From: Camelus dromedarius
Lineage: Eukaryota
DNA: 64,000 bases
Assembly: GCF_036321535.1 (NCBI RefSeq)
Contig: NC_087437.1
Coordinates: 19,904,001-19,968,000, forward strand
Reading direction: 5' to 3'
Both the position numbers and the translations under genes were made by a program. Under the pieces are notes generated by a model. That model searched no databases and was not told the origin of the DNA. It saw only the letters and a program-made list of their open reading frames with translations. This document shows, one piece after another, positions 62,109-64,000 of the stretch. The first letter of the stretch is position 1. Each line of letters opens with the position of its first letter.

Positions 62109-62187
62109 GGGGAGGATACAGCTCAGTGGTAAAGCCTTTGCTTAGCATGCATGCGGTCCTGGGTTCAATCCCCAGTACCTCCAAATA
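62109..62187 (+). mobile_element. tRNA-Ala-derived SINE (Vic-1-like)
   Basis: ggggaggatacagctcagtggt...cttagcatgcatgcggtcctgggttcaatccccagtacctcc. Perfect 15-bp TSD aaagattgacttgaa at 62094-62108 and 62188-62202. Confidence 0.9.
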
Positions 62188-64000
62188 AAAGATTGACTTG
62201 AATTGAACAAACATTACTGAGTCTGTCCCTCACTGGTCTCTGCTCTAGGAGGCTACCCCTTCTCTCCAACCCCTCCCCTATCTTTAGACCTTGGCTCAGC
62301 CCCCTCCTCTCTCAGCCTTCCCAGCCCCTCCCCCCATCCTACTGACATATCACCCAATGCTTCCCTTGACAGGACCTTGATAGCATGACCTTGGAACTGT
62401 TTGTTCATGCAGCTCTCTCGTCTCCCAACTGGCACCGCCCTGAAGTTGGGGAGGGTAACCTACTTGCCTCTAGGTCCCCGCTCCTTGAACAGAGCAAAAA
62501 CATCTGTTAAGTGAAAAGTAGATAAATGGCTTTAAAGTCCTCTTCTTGTTGCCTGAAGTGAATATCTCTAAACATTTACTCAGTGAGTTAGCTGACATGA
62601 GAGGCACTGTCAAGTCCACTGTGGCCTTTCAAGACCAGTGTGGCCTCAGTGCAGTATTGGTGTGGGAAGGGATTCTTGAAATGGCCAGTGAGAGACAGTT
62701 GGGTCCCAGAGGCTTCATTCAAAAGAAGGGAAGCCAGGAGCAGCGACCCAGTGGGAGAAAGATGCGGTCAGTCCCTTTTCCCGGCACACAGGCCTCGTGT
62801 ACGGAGGAGGTGGGAGTCACAGCGAGGACAGAGCAAGGGGACAAAAATGTGGGGCACATTCACTGCCGGCCTGGGAGTTTGTACTCAGCGGGGGGCCAGG
62901 AAGGTTTTTGATGGGACTGGATGGCGTGGGAGATCTAAGTGGCACGTCTTGACAGCTACCAGGGTTAACTGTGAATATGCAATAAAGTTTGGTGGTGGGA
63001 AAGACTAATTATTAATGCAAAAATAGCACCTACTATGTGCTAAGCTCTGTTCTAAAAGCTTAGGATACAAATCAGCAAACCAAAAAGAGTTCTGTGCCCT
63101 AGTAAAGCTCACATCCCAGAGAGTTGAGAACGAGACACAGACAATTACCAATGGGATACTAGCTGATGGGAAAGGGGGAGTCAAGAAAAGGGCTGTTTTG
63201 TTTTGTTTAATATGGGAGAAGGAAGCACACCCCACGCTATTTGTTGGTGGAGAATGTCAGCTCTTTTCTTGAGGCCACGGTGCCACTTGGCCCAAGGCCC
63301 GTGCCTCTGCTGCTCACCCGGCATAGTTATCTGTTTCTGCCTGAATAGCAAATGATACCATTTTGAAAGACCTCTTGGTGCCTGATTGATTTGTTAGGGA
63401 GCCTGACAGCCTTAATGGACTTTCCTGACAAGACAATGGCTTCTCTTGGCAGTGCTTGTCTTGGAGAGGTTCCAGGGATGGTAATAATAGCATTAGGCTC
63501 AAAGGCGGAGGAGGAAGACGAGGAGGAGGAGCAACAGGTCAAGGCCACAAGGATTTTACTTAACGTGGAACCTGAACTTAATGTGGGAAGGAAATAAACT
63601 CCCAGGTTCGACCTAACTGACAGGTGCTGGAGGACGGAACAAAGACAGGAGAGAAAGGTGTCTCTTCCAGGTCTCGGACCCAGCGAGGATCACCCTATAA
63701 GGAGGCTTCCTTTTCAGTTACTCTCCGTGGAGCTCCCTTTCCTTCTGCTCCCCATTCTCCAAAGGAAAGTGTCTTTTGGGATGCAGTGCATGTTAGCAAG
63801 GCTCGGCCTTATAGTCACTTTCTGCCTGTGTGATCTTGGGTAAGTCACTTAACTTTTCAAAATTTCAATTTCCCCTTTCAGAGTATAGAAATCGTAACAT
63901 CTAAAATAGCTTCTGGAATGTGGCAGGGGTCTACGCATGGTGGCTGTTGGTGTGTGGGACCATTGCGGAAGACACGATGGCTTAGAGAGGCTGGACTGAT

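Larger units (their letters stand above)
37198..64000 (+). other. CLSTN2: Intron downstream of the exon (CLSTN2 intron 2, 5' part)
   Basis: Starts with a GTAAGG donor. I did not see the next calsyntenin exon within the window. Confidence 0.8.

Noticed and set aside
63500..63540. GAG-rich stretch (AEEEDEEEEQQ) resembling the acidic calsyntenin tail
   Set aside because: The acidic tail belongs to the last exon, far downstream. There is no flanking similarity or clear splice context; it is low-complexity sequence.
1..64000. Prokaryotic-style novel system (CRISPR array, operon, defence island, phage)
   Set aside because: No repeat-spacer arrays, no dense ORF packing and no foreign-composition island; the whole window reads as mammalian intron.

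Overview
This is mammalian genomic DNA, almost entirely intronic. Its one credible coding segment is a 123-bp, phase 1-1 exon at 37075-37197 (+), encoding (V)NKHKPWIETSYHGVITENNDTVILDPPLVALDKDAPVPFA(G). I recognise this as the second coding exon of calsyntenin-2 (CLSTN2), at the start of the first cadherin repeat. The rest of the window is therefore inferred to be CLSTN2 intron 1 (1-37074) and intron 2 (37198-64000). It is filled with typical eutherian repeats: L1, L2, MIR, MLT/LTR16 LTRs and hAT MITEs. Four short tRNA-Ala(AGC)-derived SINEs of the camelid Vic-1 type, together with young L1 3' ends, suggest a camelid genome (inference). Nearly all other ORFs in the track are chance ORFs or L1 remnants. 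I found no prokaryotic features (operons, CRISPR, IS elements) and no convincing new multi-gene system. The most interesting observations are an exon-2 donor that also looks like a splice acceptor, an inverted L1 pair placed symmetrically around exon 2, a doubly truncated L1 ORF2 fragment, recent insertions with perfect target-site duplications, a palindromic MER53, and several motif-dense candidate enhancers. Repeat family names come from recalled consensus sequences, not from a database search, and boundaries of old repeats are approximate.
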